Of a stretch of 64,000 bases of DNA, positions 10,972-23,559 are shown one piece after another. Position 1 is the first letter of the stretch, and each line of letters begins with the position of its first letter. This DNA is from Lama guanicoe (lineage: Eukaryota): contig MU054400.1 in NCBI GenBank assembly GCA_013239625.1, positions 913,146 through 977,145 on the forward strand, read 5' to 3'. A program made the position numbers and the translations under genes. The notes under the pieces were generated by a model. The model searched no databases. It was not told where the DNA came from and worked only from the letters and a program-made list of their open reading frames with translations.

Positions 10972-13604
10972 CTTTAAAGGGAAAGAAAAACGGAAAGAAA
11001 AACAGAAGTCCTAAGCAATACAGAATTTCCACCTCAAGCTTTAAAACACGTCATGTATTTTCAGAAGGATTTTTAAAATTATAACTTAGGACATCTAAAC
11101 TATTAAGACCCATGTGAATAAATGCTACATGAAAATATTATTATGCAACAAGATCTGAAAAAATAAATCCAGCAATCCTTCCTATTTCTGATAGAAGAGG
11201 TTAGAGGGAAGAGGAACATTTTCTCTGGATTTTAAGAAACTGAATTTTACTTAAAAAGTGAAATCACATGTTCACAAACACAATACTACCTTTTTTTTTA
11301 ACTAAAGAGGAATATCCTGAATTAAATGACAAAGACAAGCTTGAAAAACAATATACAGTATTTCCTTAATGTGTGAAGAATAACTGTCTTAATTTTTTTG
11401 TAAAGGTTTTAATAGGTTTAGTTTTAAAAGAGGTCAGCCATGAGGTCACCCTGCAAGAGTAAATGCAGGTCACAGCACTTACTTTAAAAGTTTCCAAAAT
11501 CAGACACTGCATTACACACGAGGTATCTGTGTCTTGAACAGACACCCTGGACACAGCCGTGTTTATTTCAAGGTGTTCAGATGACTAAGAACACCAAATA
11601 TGCTCCATGAGTAAGTACACAAAAGAAAACGTTACAGCGCCCACCTATCCCATCAGGTCTGCTCTCTAGACTGAGGGGGATGAAAGCCTCTGACCAGGTA
11701 ACATACAGCGGCAGATCAACTGCATTTTTACTTACCAAGATCACTCAGTGTATGAAAAGTTTGTCAAAAATAACTTTTCACAACCATCTAAAAGGTTAAA
11801 TACAGAAATGATCGGCATTCCCTCAAGAGGCCAGATGCAGAAAGCTGAAGGAATTGCTTCTGTTACCAACTTCCAAAGGCACGGGCTATCCCCATTGTTC
11901 TAAAGACACCCAAACTCTCCAATGTGAGCAGAACTCCAGGTTGTGGGCACTCACTCACAGGATCGCTTCTGCTAGACGCTGTTACCACGACTGACCCCTA
12001 CTCCAGATCCTGCGCTCGGGCCACCCGCTGCCCTCTCTCACGTCGCCATCAATCCACCAAGATCCAGCTCAAGCCCACTGCTCAATGAAGGCTTCTTGGA
12101 TAACACTTCTATTCTTCCTCTCTTTTCCCACCTCATCTCTGTCCTGAATCAGCTAATTTCATCTTCACATACTTTCTGCATGTTTCACAACACAATGAAA
12201 TCACTGCCTCAGTGACTAGCGCCGTGCTTCAGGTAACACATCGCACAGGGCTTCTGCACTCCACCCACACATTTCCATCAACAGGGGCAGTTTAAAAATG
12301 TGTGTACTGGTACCCACGCACTCCCATGTACACAAACACACACAAGTGCCCGGCTCCCACTCCCAAAGATTCTGACTGATCCTGTGTAGAATCTGGCATT
12401 ATTTATTATCATTATTACCATTGTTATTTACCAGTTTCCCCATGATTATAATAGTACAATAGGGTTAAGAACCACTGCTCTACTGTGCTAAACAGTTCTT
12501 ACTCCAGTTTCTCGAAGTGTCATTCATGATGAAAAGCAAAATACCTGAAGAGTGCTGTGAAATAAGAAAACTCAACTCACGGCCTGGCTAAGATGCCAGC
12601 AAGTCAGGAAGGATATTACATCGGGATACCAGGGGCAGGCGGAAGGACAGAGGAGGAAAGGAATTGGGTGTTTCAAACAAAACTCAGGAGGTATTACCGG
12701 GTCCTCTCAAAACAGGGGGCACCTTGCCGTGGGCTGTCCAACTTTCAGCGCCCTCTCATACACAACCACCGATGACACTACAAATGCCAAGCCAGTTACA
12801 CTCGACATGACATGATTGTGCAGAGTAGAAAACAGCAGTGAAAAGTTTACATAATTCAATTCTCCACCTTTGGGGGTGGGGCGGGTACAGCAAACGATTG
12901 AGTCAGGGTGTTGGGGGCTGAGGGGAGAATTACCATATCTTCATAAGAAATTCTGTTTCTCAACTGTAGATTTCAGGTAAAGCACGGAAAATGATGAACC
13001 AAAGTGATTATCACTAGAGGCAGCTGTGATCTGTGTTTATATTTGTAGTCCTTACAGCCTCCCCTCTGCCAGCTCAGAACTGCCCACACGTGGGACAGGG
13101 GCTTGAGTTTGCCATTGTGCAGTTAAATGCCTTCACATTCTATGCTCTACACTTTTCCTCCCATCACCTGTCTTCATATCCTTCACTAACAGTTGCTGAA
13201 GTTCTTTCTGATGGGAGATTAATTCTCATGGGAAGCCAGAGTCAACATGCTGCAGCAGTTGACACTGTTTCAATGAAAACATATACAAATTATAAGGGCC
13301 TCTACTACATAGTGTGGCATTTTAACAAAAAGTACACTAATTTTTTGGAATAACAAAACAAATAAAAATGCAAAAACTCTGAGAACCTAGGCAGACTCGG
13401 AAACTATTTTTGCATATTAGCAAGCCAATAATGACAAACATTAGCAATTAAATAAACTGGAAAACAAAAGGAAATGTAACATCTTAAGTATAGAGACAGA
13501 CTTTAAAACCCAAGAAAAAAACCGTTAGGAAGAAGGATGCCTAAATGGTTATGACTAAGCTAATTCATAATCCAACTAATAATAGAGAAATATTTCTGTC
13601 TTCA

Positions 13605-13685
13605 TCCAGAAAACTCAGAGTAGTTGAATTCCACATGGAATCATCAGATATGTGCTTGGAAATTACCACATCATTGTTTTCTGGA
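13605..13685 (-). ncRNA. SNORD121A: Box C/D snoRNA SNORD121A in UBAP2 intron 12
   Basis: Minus strand tccagaaaac-a-ATGATG-tggtaatttCCAAGCACATAT-CTGA-tgatt...CTGA-gttttctgga. It has a 10-bp terminal stem, C, D' and D boxes, and a guide complementary to 28S rRNA UAUGUGCUUGG. UBAP2 is the known SNORD121A/B host. Confidence 0.93.
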
Positions 13686-13799
13686 CTGAGATCTACGGTA
13701 GAAAATTTCATATTTAGAAAATAATTGTCATTCTAGAATACAGTTGTTCATAGGCACATTCCTCAAAATCCCATACTGAATGAAATAAAAGTGAGTTAC

Positions 13800-13989
13800 C
13801 AGGCTCTGAGGAGAATACGAGTTGACAGTGGTAGAGCTGCCAGTCCCTGGTGCCATCTGATTGTTGTGCTGAGAATTTGTGAAGACAAGGGCTTGACCAA
13901 AACCCTGCTGTTGGGAAGTTTCAAAGGAGCTGACTTCTGAGGCTTGACTAGGAGGAACAGGCTTCTGGAGCAAGGCTACCAGATCAACA
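13800..13989 (-). CDS. UBAP2: UBAP2 exon 12, SVDLVALLQKPVP...GFGQALVFTNSQHNNQMAPG...SPQSL
   Basis: ctcag| and |gtaact; 190 nt, phase 2-0; lies within ORF 13728..14030. Confidence 0.96.
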
Positions 13990-15159
13990 CTGAGCAGACA
14001 AAAAGCAAATGAGGACTGAGTCATAAGCAAATCTTACCAACAAATGAATCTGAGAAGTAAATCAACATAAAGTAAATTCATGCTAAAAATAATCTAAGTG
14101 ACGAAAACCTCTGGAAAGTTGAGTTTAAAGGAGCCAAAAGAAGAGCATCAATCACCCTCTCCCACCCAAACAGGAAGCGACGGAGACTGAATCCGGGCTT
14201 TGCAGAGAAAAGCAACGAAAAAGTGCATTGAGATATTTCCAGAGAAATGGCATACTGGCAGCTGAATTGAAAACCTGGAGCAATTGAGTACTCTTAAACA
14301 GTGTTCTCAAGTCTGGCTTGTTACCTTGAGAATATTGTGCCCCCTTTTATTACTTGAAACTCGTCTCCCTTGAACTTCCCTAAAGGAGAATGAACCCATA
14401 TCTTTAAAGAATGAGGACCAAAGCCATACTAGACCATTCAAGCCAATTCACATTTACCATAAATACTCCTAAAGTTCTGCAACCTATCCCATAATATATT
14501 TAGGTTTATATAAATCTCATATAATTTTCTCTTAAATATTCAGGGAAAAAAAGTACTATAAATTAACAAATACTGTTAATTAGAATTCTTAAAAACGCCC
14601 CCAGAAAGACAAATATTCCAACTGGAGAATCATGGCCTTAAAACCTGAAAACATGAGGAAGAAATGATCTTCCAGGTATATACTACTTGATATGTGAGTG
14701 AGTGTCTAACTTCTCCACAGGATTACCTAATATAGTCATTTGCTCCATTAAATCCTTTTAAAGGCCAATTCCCAGGCAGTTCTAACAGAAACTCCCACCA
14801 GGCCATTGAGGCAGATTCTGGAAGGTCAAATAATTCAAAACTCACCCCTGATATACAGCAAAGTTCCCAGGCCTGAGTTCCCTCCTTGTGTACTACCCAC
14901 TCTCACTTCCCCTTAACCAGGTTGAACTTATGGGATCTAGTGCTTTGAGACCCAAGGTAATGTTCTAGCTTATGATACCCTAACTCCAAGGATACAAATC
15001 CACGGTATTTATATTACATATGATGCATCTCAGGTGTTGCATTACTACAAAAACCAGAGCAAATTCTATTCCAAAAGACTGATAAGATAATACGCAAGAA
15101 AAACAGTACAGCACTGTCTTCTGGAAAATAATCATTAAAAATGTCTACTTCTTGATTTA

Positions 15160-15291
15160 TGTATGCATGTATGTAGGTAGGTATTTATTTATTGGGGGGG
15201 TTAGATTTATGTATGTACGTATGCACTGGGGTTTGAACCCAGGACCTCATACATGCTAGGCATGCATTCTACCAGTGAGCTATACCCTCCC
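15160..15291 (-). mobile_element. tRNA-derived SINE (camelid Vic-1-like)
   Basis: Reverse complement of GGGAGGGTATAGCTCA..GGTAGA..GCATGC..GAGGTCCTGGGTTCAAACCCCAGT, with A and B boxes. Confidence 0.8.
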
Positions 15292-15699
15292 TCCTCTACT
15301 TTTTTTTTTTAAATGAAAGTGATCCTATCAAATTCATTGAGTAATAAATGAAGAAGTTATATCCATTTAACAAGAAATTCTGAGCAATTCACAAAGCAAT
15401 TTATTTCAAGACATAACCTTTGATCGTTTTTATCTCCCTATAATGAAGTATTACACCCATCTCATCTGGCATGTTAGATTCAAAATTGCCTTCAATGCTC
15501 AGGTGTCATATATATCAAGGTTCTCATCCTCCTAGACCACTGTATTTTGAAACCATACTCAAAGGCTTTTCAAGTTACTATAAAAACTAGGATGCAAATA
15601 AATGTTTTTCAGTAATTTAGTTCTGCACACGATCTAACACTATTTCAGCTACCCCCAAAAGCTCCTTCTTATTCTGTAATCTGAAAAGACTAGTAGATT

Positions 15700-15810
15700 G
15701 GGGGGGAGGGGGTAAGTTAGGTTTATTTACTTATTTCTAGAGGAGGTACTAGGGATTGAACTTGGGACCTTGTGTATGCTAAGCATGTGCTTTACCACTT
15801 GAGCTACACT
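15700..15810 (-). mobile_element. tRNA-derived SINE (Vic-1-like) with target-site duplication
   Basis: SINE body flanked by CTGAAA(A)GACTAGTAGATT at 15681 and 15811. Confidence 0.85.
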
Positions 15811-16232
15811 CTGAAAGACTAGTAGATTAAAACTATAGAGCCCTTATAAAATAAGACATCTGTATTACCCTGAGAAGACTAAATAAATGGTGTCAGAAGA
15901 AACCAAAGGATATTTCTGTTGTTTATCTGTCAAAAAACCCAGTATGTTTACAGAAGTTAAAAACAAACAAACAAAAACCATTAAATAGATTTAACATTAT
16001 CTCTGCCACAAATTCTAACAAATCACAAACATAACTGCTATTTTTAATTCATTAGTGGTGCAACAAAGTAAGAAAGGGTAGAGGCTGTCAGCTCATCAGG
16101 TAGTTAGGGATGAAAGTCTTAGAAAAGAGAAAAAACAGAAAAAGTCAAGAAAACGGTAAAAAACAGTAAGAGATCTGAGAAAACAATTTTCCGAGGGCAA
16201 GAAATTTCAATTACGTGGGGAACAGTGTTTAC

Positions 16233-16300
16233 CTTTGCCCAGGTGTGACATGATTCTCTGCTGGAACAGATGAGGAAGTGAAGACCTTTGTTTCAGAAAG
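16233..16300 (-). CDS. UBAP2: UBAP2 exon 11, LSETKVFTSSSVPAENHVTPGQ
   Basis: tgtgtag| and |gtaaac; 68 nt, phase 0-2; conserved LSETKVFT motif. Confidence 0.96.
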
Positions 16301-19300
16301 CTACACAGAAAGGAGTAAAAGATATTTTAATCATACTTTATATAATCTCAAGTCAAAAATGTATCAAATTCCTGACAATTTTTAGTCACCAGTACTCTTA
16401 TTATAGTTCAACCAAGAGGTGGTCTAAAGGAACATATATGTGATCATGACATGTAATTTTCTTAAGGTGAAGATAATTTTGGATTGATAAGCCCACAAGG
16501 ATTCCACATCAGTGAAACAAGGTAAAAGTCAGACCACAGTTCAAGTCCCAGTCTCACAATTCTACTTGACATTATACAAATGAGAACACCAACAAAAGCC
16601 ACCACCAATGTTACTTACAAATGCCAAAAAGTACAGAAGTTTGAGAAGGCAAAACAATTGATGTTTTCTCTCCCTGAGACAGATGGCTTGAGTATTATAT
16701 TAGTAAGCTGTAATATTTTTGTTAAGTCATAGGTTTCCTTGCTGTTTTTATCAAAATAATTTCATTATTTACACATAAAATAAACTGCAAGTATTTAAAC
16801 TTAATAACTGAATGAGTTTAGTCATGTGCATACTTCTGTGAAACCATCACCAATCAAGACAATAAATGTATCTATTATCCCAAAAGTCTGCTGCTGTCCC
16901 TGTGTAATCAATTCCTCCCACCACTCAATCTTATCCCTAGGCAACTACAGATATGTTTTCTGTCACTATAGGTTGTACTTTCCAGAATTTTAAGTGGAAT
17001 TTTAAAATACACAATCTTTTCTGTCTAGCTTTCTTCACTCAAAATTATTATTCTAAGATTCATGCATATTGTTTTAAGGCACACAAGGTAAAATTTCTTG
17101 AAACCCCAATTAACATTACTGAAAGGCACGCTCTTTTATGTTTTCAAAGAGGGGAATGGGCTTTTAAAGGCTGGTAACTGTTGATCTAATGACATAATGT
17201 GAAAAACTAATAAAAATGCTATTTAAAGACTGCTATGATTCTCATCAATGTTACATGTCTCAGTGCTCTGAAACATGGTATAAAGTTAGATTTCCTCACA
17301 CATTAATACTAAGACAGAGGCAAAGCAGACAGTAGGGGTTCATTTTCCATAAAAATAAACAGTGCTGAATTCATTATACTGTTTCAACAGGGAAGGCTTA
17401 TGCTATGCTTCACCCCATTCCAAGGCAGTATCTTAAGAGTCCACAGAAATCCATTTTTGCCCTAAATAATCTTACAAATTAAGACAAGCAGGAGAGAACC
17501 AATAAAGGAGTAGTACTTCCTTGAAAAGCAATAATACAGTAGATCTTAAGCCTTAAAAATATTAAGTTCAAAGTAAACGAGAACCACATTTCTCATGAAA
17601 TCCTATCCCAGTAAAAGACAGAAAACTGCATTGTTTCATCCACCTGAGCTCTGGAAGAAATTTAGGATTTGCATTTCAGATTACTCACCTTTTAATCACC
17701 ACTCTATATATCTCAGGAAAATTTTCATAATTTTGACAATTCCTGAGAAAAGAAGGTGTCCACATTCCCTATGCTAATTCTTTTCAGTAACTATACTGTG
17801 ATACAGTATAGGCTATGTTGCAGAATAGTACTACCTCTGTGTGTACATCTGAACTGTCTGCTAGTGGACTTACATCATAAGACCTCATCTGAGACACAGA
17901 AAAACCCCACTGGTTAGGCAGGACAGTTATTATGATATTAATTTTAGGATGAAAAATAGGAGGCTCAGAAAGGAAAGATGCCTCATCTGAGGTCAACAGG
18001 TGAACTCAGCTAGAATTTGAGTATTTTTGCCTTCTGATAGCCTGCTGGCTTTCTAACCTGCCTGTTGGCCCAGACAACAGGGAAGGTGATTAAAGCTTTT
18101 AGCCCTGGAAGCCTTTTTTCTCCCAACAAACTCTTAGCAAAAATTCTAGTAACACAAAACATTAAAAAGCACTGATCTGTTTGAAATAAGGTGAGGTACC
18201 AACAGGCTACACATTCTTCCTCCTGTCACCAGCACCCAACCATCTGCTGATTCAAACAGCCACCCACTCGATCCAGTCTCCTCAGATTACAGGTCACAGG
18301 GAGCCTAGTGACATCATATCCCAAAAGCTGACGGCTGGTACGTGGCAGAAGCGAAAACACACCTGAAGTCTCCAAACTTCCCATCAAATGAGCGTATCTT
18401 TCTCCTCTTGTCTCACACCCTACCCAGATCACTCCCTGACAAGTGAGATAAAATCATGCTTAAAAAGAAAAAGCAGCAGCAGCAGCAGAAGTGTAGTTTG
18501 TTTCTTTAAAATAAAAAATAAATAAATAAAACTTTTGAATACAAAATGGGAGGTGGGGGAATAATCTCAATAAATAAACAAACAGTCCAGGTCATTCTAT
18601 TTAATTTTGAAGGCCAATACTTATAACCTCTTTATTCTATCCCTCCCAGTGTTGGCCATAGCTCTCTAACATGTACATACACACTTCTGTTCTGGGTCTT
18701 GAGAGTCAAACAGAAAAATGGTGTTAAGAGTATCTTATGCCAAACCCAGAATTTAGATCTCAGAAGCAAGTGCAGTACACTCAGAAATGTCGGTGGAATA
18801 AATCAACATAAAAAGAGCCAGTCTGGGTGAAAGGGAAAACAGTTGGGCCTAGAACCAGAATGATTTATTTGGGTTAATTTCAACCTCAAACACAGACTCT
18901 CTCCTTTAATAAAAAGGTTACAGATAAATTAGGAGTTTGGGATTAGCAGATACTAACCACTATATATAAAATAAACAATAAAGTCCTATTGTATAGCACA
19001 GGGAACTATATTCAATATCTTATAATACCCTATAATGAAAAATATGAAAAAGAATATAAGCATATATATACAGATATATATTTATACACACACACACACA
19101 TACAACACTGTAAAACAACTATGCTTCAATAAAAAATTGTTTAAAGATAATAAAGAATAATTAACTGTTCACAGGCCAGGGCAATAGCGTCTGTTAGTTC
19201 CAAGACCAAATAAAACAAAAATAAGTTTAAAAATGATGTCATTCCTTTTTAACACCCAGGCATTTTCAAATGGATGCTTTAAAACCAAGTTTCTTAAAAA

Positions 19301-19505
19301 TCTCAAAGCACCAACTTCCTTCTGAGGAGCATCTGCTGAAAAGAAAAGAAAAGAAAACAAAACAAAACAAACAAAACATGGTAATCACAGGAGTCTGAAA
19401 GGGAGCCATGGAGGGCTGTAAGGTGTCTCAGGCTTTCCTCAAAGCACACATGCCCCTACCAGAATCCAAAAGAAAGATGGGTCAGAGCTGATGCTAAACA
19501 CTTAC

Positions 19506-19558
19506 ATCTTCAGTCCAGTCTTCTGTTGTCCACTCTTCTACAGAATTCTTCCAGGCCC
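19506..19558 (-). CDS. UBAP2: UBAP2 exon 10, GAWKNSVEEWTTEDWTED
   Basis: aacag| and |gtaagt; 53 nt, phase 1-0; conserved Trp/acidic motif. Confidence 0.96.
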
Positions 19559-22500
19559 CTGTTAACAACAATCACAGCTTACAACACAAGTCAAATACTA
19601 TCTTACTCCAAATGATTCTCAACCATGTACTGCACAAGACGTATCACATAGCTCATGAGCAATTCAGTTTACAACCCAGAAATATTAGGCTCTTAATCTA
19701 GCTCAAGAAAACCAGTCATGTTTTCAAATGCAACTTGGTTAAGTACTATCCACATAAACTTAAAAGCAATGTCTCAAATTGATTTTGCTTCCATGTAGGT
19801 AACACCTGAGCAATTGCTGTAAGAAAGTATAGCATATTTAACAAGGAGATTCTTGTGATTTATAGAATTTAAGAGAAGAAAATTCAATATAAGGCAGCTC
19901 TGTTTTGGATCTTAATTTCAGGTAGATTTCTGAATTATCAAATTTAGAGAAGCATCCTTTTTATACGATATTAGCTCCACTGTATGGTTTCCTGATAGGA
20001 CTCCAGCAAAGCTGAGCATTAGTCCTATTCATATAGTCTGTTGCTGTAACTCCTGATGAGCAGGTACACAGGATGTGCTCAAACTTCTTACAGAACAATC
20101 ATCATATAAAACCAGTAAGAGCTTTAAAGAAAAGTATGAGTTCAAATATGCTGATTTTAATACTTACAGATACTGTGTAAGTATAGGTCCACTACTTTAA
20201 AGCATACATGAGAATACACACCCAGATAAAATGGTTTTAAAAGAAACACACCAAGATACTAATTATAACCACCACCAGGAAGTGGGGTTGTGAATGTTTT
20301 TCAGTTCCTTCAATGGAAGAAATAGGTTGAGCACCTGATCTATAATGAGGTTTGTGTGTGGGAAGAGAAGGGTCATACTCCTAAGGAAAAAACGCAATGA
20401 CCAGAACTAACTTCTTTGGAATCATGTCAGTAACCTAATAACCAACCACCTCATAAATAAACCGATAGTTACCTAGGAAGACTCTTTCTCTATGTAATGC
20501 TTTCAGTAGTACGTCCCAAATTTGAGATTGGTCACAGCCAACGCGGAATCTATGGAGCACAGCTCCTAATAAAACATCACCTAAGATATGCTACCGTATG
20601 GGTATAAAAGGGAGGTGTCTCAAACCTGAAAATATCCCTTGCTGTGAGAAACCTACGCACACCACTGAGAGACCTCACCCACACGGTGGATCACGGCGCA
20701 TATGCATTACAGGAAGAGAACATGGGTAGAGGTACTCCCTGCTCTTCTGTGCCTCTCAACTGCATGTATTCTTGAAATAACAGTAAAGCCTGATGGTGAC
20801 AGATTTCAGTATTTGAACTGACAACTGATCCTTTGTTTTGGCTCACTTACCATACCTTTAAACGGTTTCCCTAATTTCTCCAGAAATGTCACAACACAAT
20901 TGAATTTATGTACCCTCCAAATATCTCTTTAAATTAAAATATTTTCATAAATCAGAGCAGAAAGAAGTAATAGTTTCAGTGGGGGAAAATAAAAAACAAA
21001 AAAACACATGGTGCAATTAGTCCCAGTTAGAAATCAGTACTGGAACCTTGTTCTCTAGACTCCTCCTCCTCTTAGAGAGCACACTGTGCATAAAGCTAAA
21101 TGAACCCAAGGCAAACCATCCATCTACACCTCACTAACATCTTCCTCCTGTAACAGGCCTTTCTTAAGTATAATATATAATCTCGAATCTTTTAATATAT
21201 TTTCTTCCAGACTTCTAAGTACATGTATAGTTTTAAAAGCTCACAAGTGGCCTAATTTCAAAGCTGGCTGGTATACAGCATTCTCAGTGCCACCTCCGTC
21301 CAACCCACCCTACGCTCGTGCTGTCAGATTTATCAAAGGAGACAGTACTCTTAACGGCTGACAAACTGCAAAAAGCTGAGGCTCGATCTAAGCAGTTGCA
21401 GGGACACTTGAATCAAGAAAGAGAAAGCATCTCAAAGCCTCAAAAATCATTCCTGAAACATCTAAAATTGTAACAGGAAACAATTTAAGGTGGAATTTTC
21501 CTTAGGAATTCTGTCATCAATCATCAGCCAACTAACACTTGGTTAAAAACCTACATGTAAAGCATGATGATAGCAAATTACATGGATCTGATCAATGTAT
21601 TAGAAATTTGGAGCATGAAAAAGTTAGTGAAAGCTAAAATAGTAAGAGAAAGTTTATGGGGAAGATGAAGCACAGCAAAAACCTTGGTGGCTGGAAAACA
21701 CCTGAACAGAAAGACATATAAAGAAGGAATATTCCAGGGCTGAGAAACAATGATTTGGCACTACAAGAGTCTAATTATAAAATATTAAAAGTAACCTAAA
21801 GTTCAACATACTTTTTTCCCAAAAGTTTTTAGGTTGTGGTAGAATACTTCTAAAATTTACTATGGTAATCATTTTTCAGTATACGATTCAGTGATATAAG
21901 TTAAAACACACATTCCTTCATATGATAAGAGTGGCCTATCACTTAGGGGTATTATGAAAATAGTTTAAACACAAATTTATAGGATGAGAAGCTCAGCAAT
22001 TTAAAATCAGGCAGAAGACAATGTCCAGAACTGTAAACAGAAGTTCAACAGGTAAAGTGGTATGTCAGGCAACAGAGGGGAAGCCCCACATCAGAAGCCA
22101 AGGCCTGGCTGTTGCACTGACCCACCCTAGATACGCAGACAACAGAAACTGCACGGCATTAAATACAGAACAATTCAGGCTCAGGCCGTAATCTAAATTT
22201 GGAATATTAAAATTTTACAGTGAAACCTTGGTCCCCGTTATAGACCTACAGACCTTTACCTCAAACATATGAGAAAAATTCAACGACATTAATTTATTCT
22301 CAGCTTAAAACAATAAATGTGAGATGTATGCTTTATGTTCAATTTAACTTGACCTTAGTCCTCTATCAAAAGGACAAAAAGGCAGCTTTGGAAAAGGAGC
22401 AATGATGCAAAAATCTGGGTTGCCTTGAAGGCCAAAGTGAAAAACATTTCCATTATCAAAAGCTGATTAATTATTTCATCAAGTAGTTGTAAAAATGTAG

Positions 22501-22597
22501 TTCACAAACATTCACCTGATTAATTTTTATTAGCTAGCCTTGGTTTAAATTTGGAAGCTCTTTTGAGCATTTTATAAGATTCTTAGCTAAGCATTAC

Positions 22598-22663
22598 CCT
22601 TGGGTCCATAAGAACTTTTGTTTGACAGATCCTGAGCTACAATTGGAGGATTTGCTGCCAGTT
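22598..22663 (-). CDS. UBAP2: UBAP2 exon 9, ELAANPPIVAQDLSNKSSYGPK
   Basis: tccacag| and |gtaatg; 66 nt, symmetric phase 1-1; resembles the human ELASNTHNIAQDLSNKSSYGLK segment. Confidence 0.93.
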
Positions 22664-23559
22664 CTGTGGATCAATGTAAAATGGAAGGTTTTAACATATC
22701 AAAGCAATTAAGGTATTCATCAGAAGCGAAATTGGTCAGCAAATTAAACTGAAAAGGGAAAGCATCAAAGCTTTCTGATACTTCTTTTCCACACAGATAT
22801 ACACTGTGTGTCCAAGAAAAAGTAAACTTACTGCAGTCCAGCTATGACAGACTGCTGTGATTCAGCCATAAATCTCATCAGCCAGATGGACCCTGAGCAT
22901 TCAATTTGCATCCCTTGTTCTCATTCCCATGTTCACCAAATTCCCTTCTCACTTGTCAGAGACAGCATTCCAATCTGTTTAACAAGTTTGTTTTTAGTAC
23001 ATTTATAAAGTAGTATTTTGACTATCTTTCAGTTTTTCTATCTTGGTTAATGTGAGTCTGACTCTTAAGGAATGCATTTGATTATTAACCTGTCCTAAAG
23101 TCAAGTTTCCTTTTTTTTTTAATTCGCACATATTTTATTGTTCTTTTTCTTTTCTTTTTTGTTCTGTTCTAACATATTTTTATTGAAGTACAGTCAGTTT
23201 ACAATGTTGTGCCAAAAGTCAGGTTTCTGAGCCTTTAAGGCTGTGGGTTAGACTCAGAACTTTATTATCAACAAGACAACACCATTCTATGAGGACTCTA
23301 AGAAACAGCCAGCACCCCATCAGATGACAACATCTTTTAACTGTATTTTACATCAAACATGTGTTTTGCTTATCTAAATATTTCCCAGCAAGGAATCTGC
23401 TACTGTAAATGAGAATAAGGAGATGGAGGGGGAAGGGTTAAAGAAGGCAGGAGAAGGATGAATAAGAAGAAAGTAACACATCAGTTAATGGACTGATTTG
23501 ACCTTCTGTTTCAAACATCTGATTTAAAAATAAGTAGAGGTTATAAAGCTGCTATAAAC

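Noticed and set aside
18473..18488. Short (CAG)n run
   Set aside because: Only about five units, intronic, and not part of any exon.
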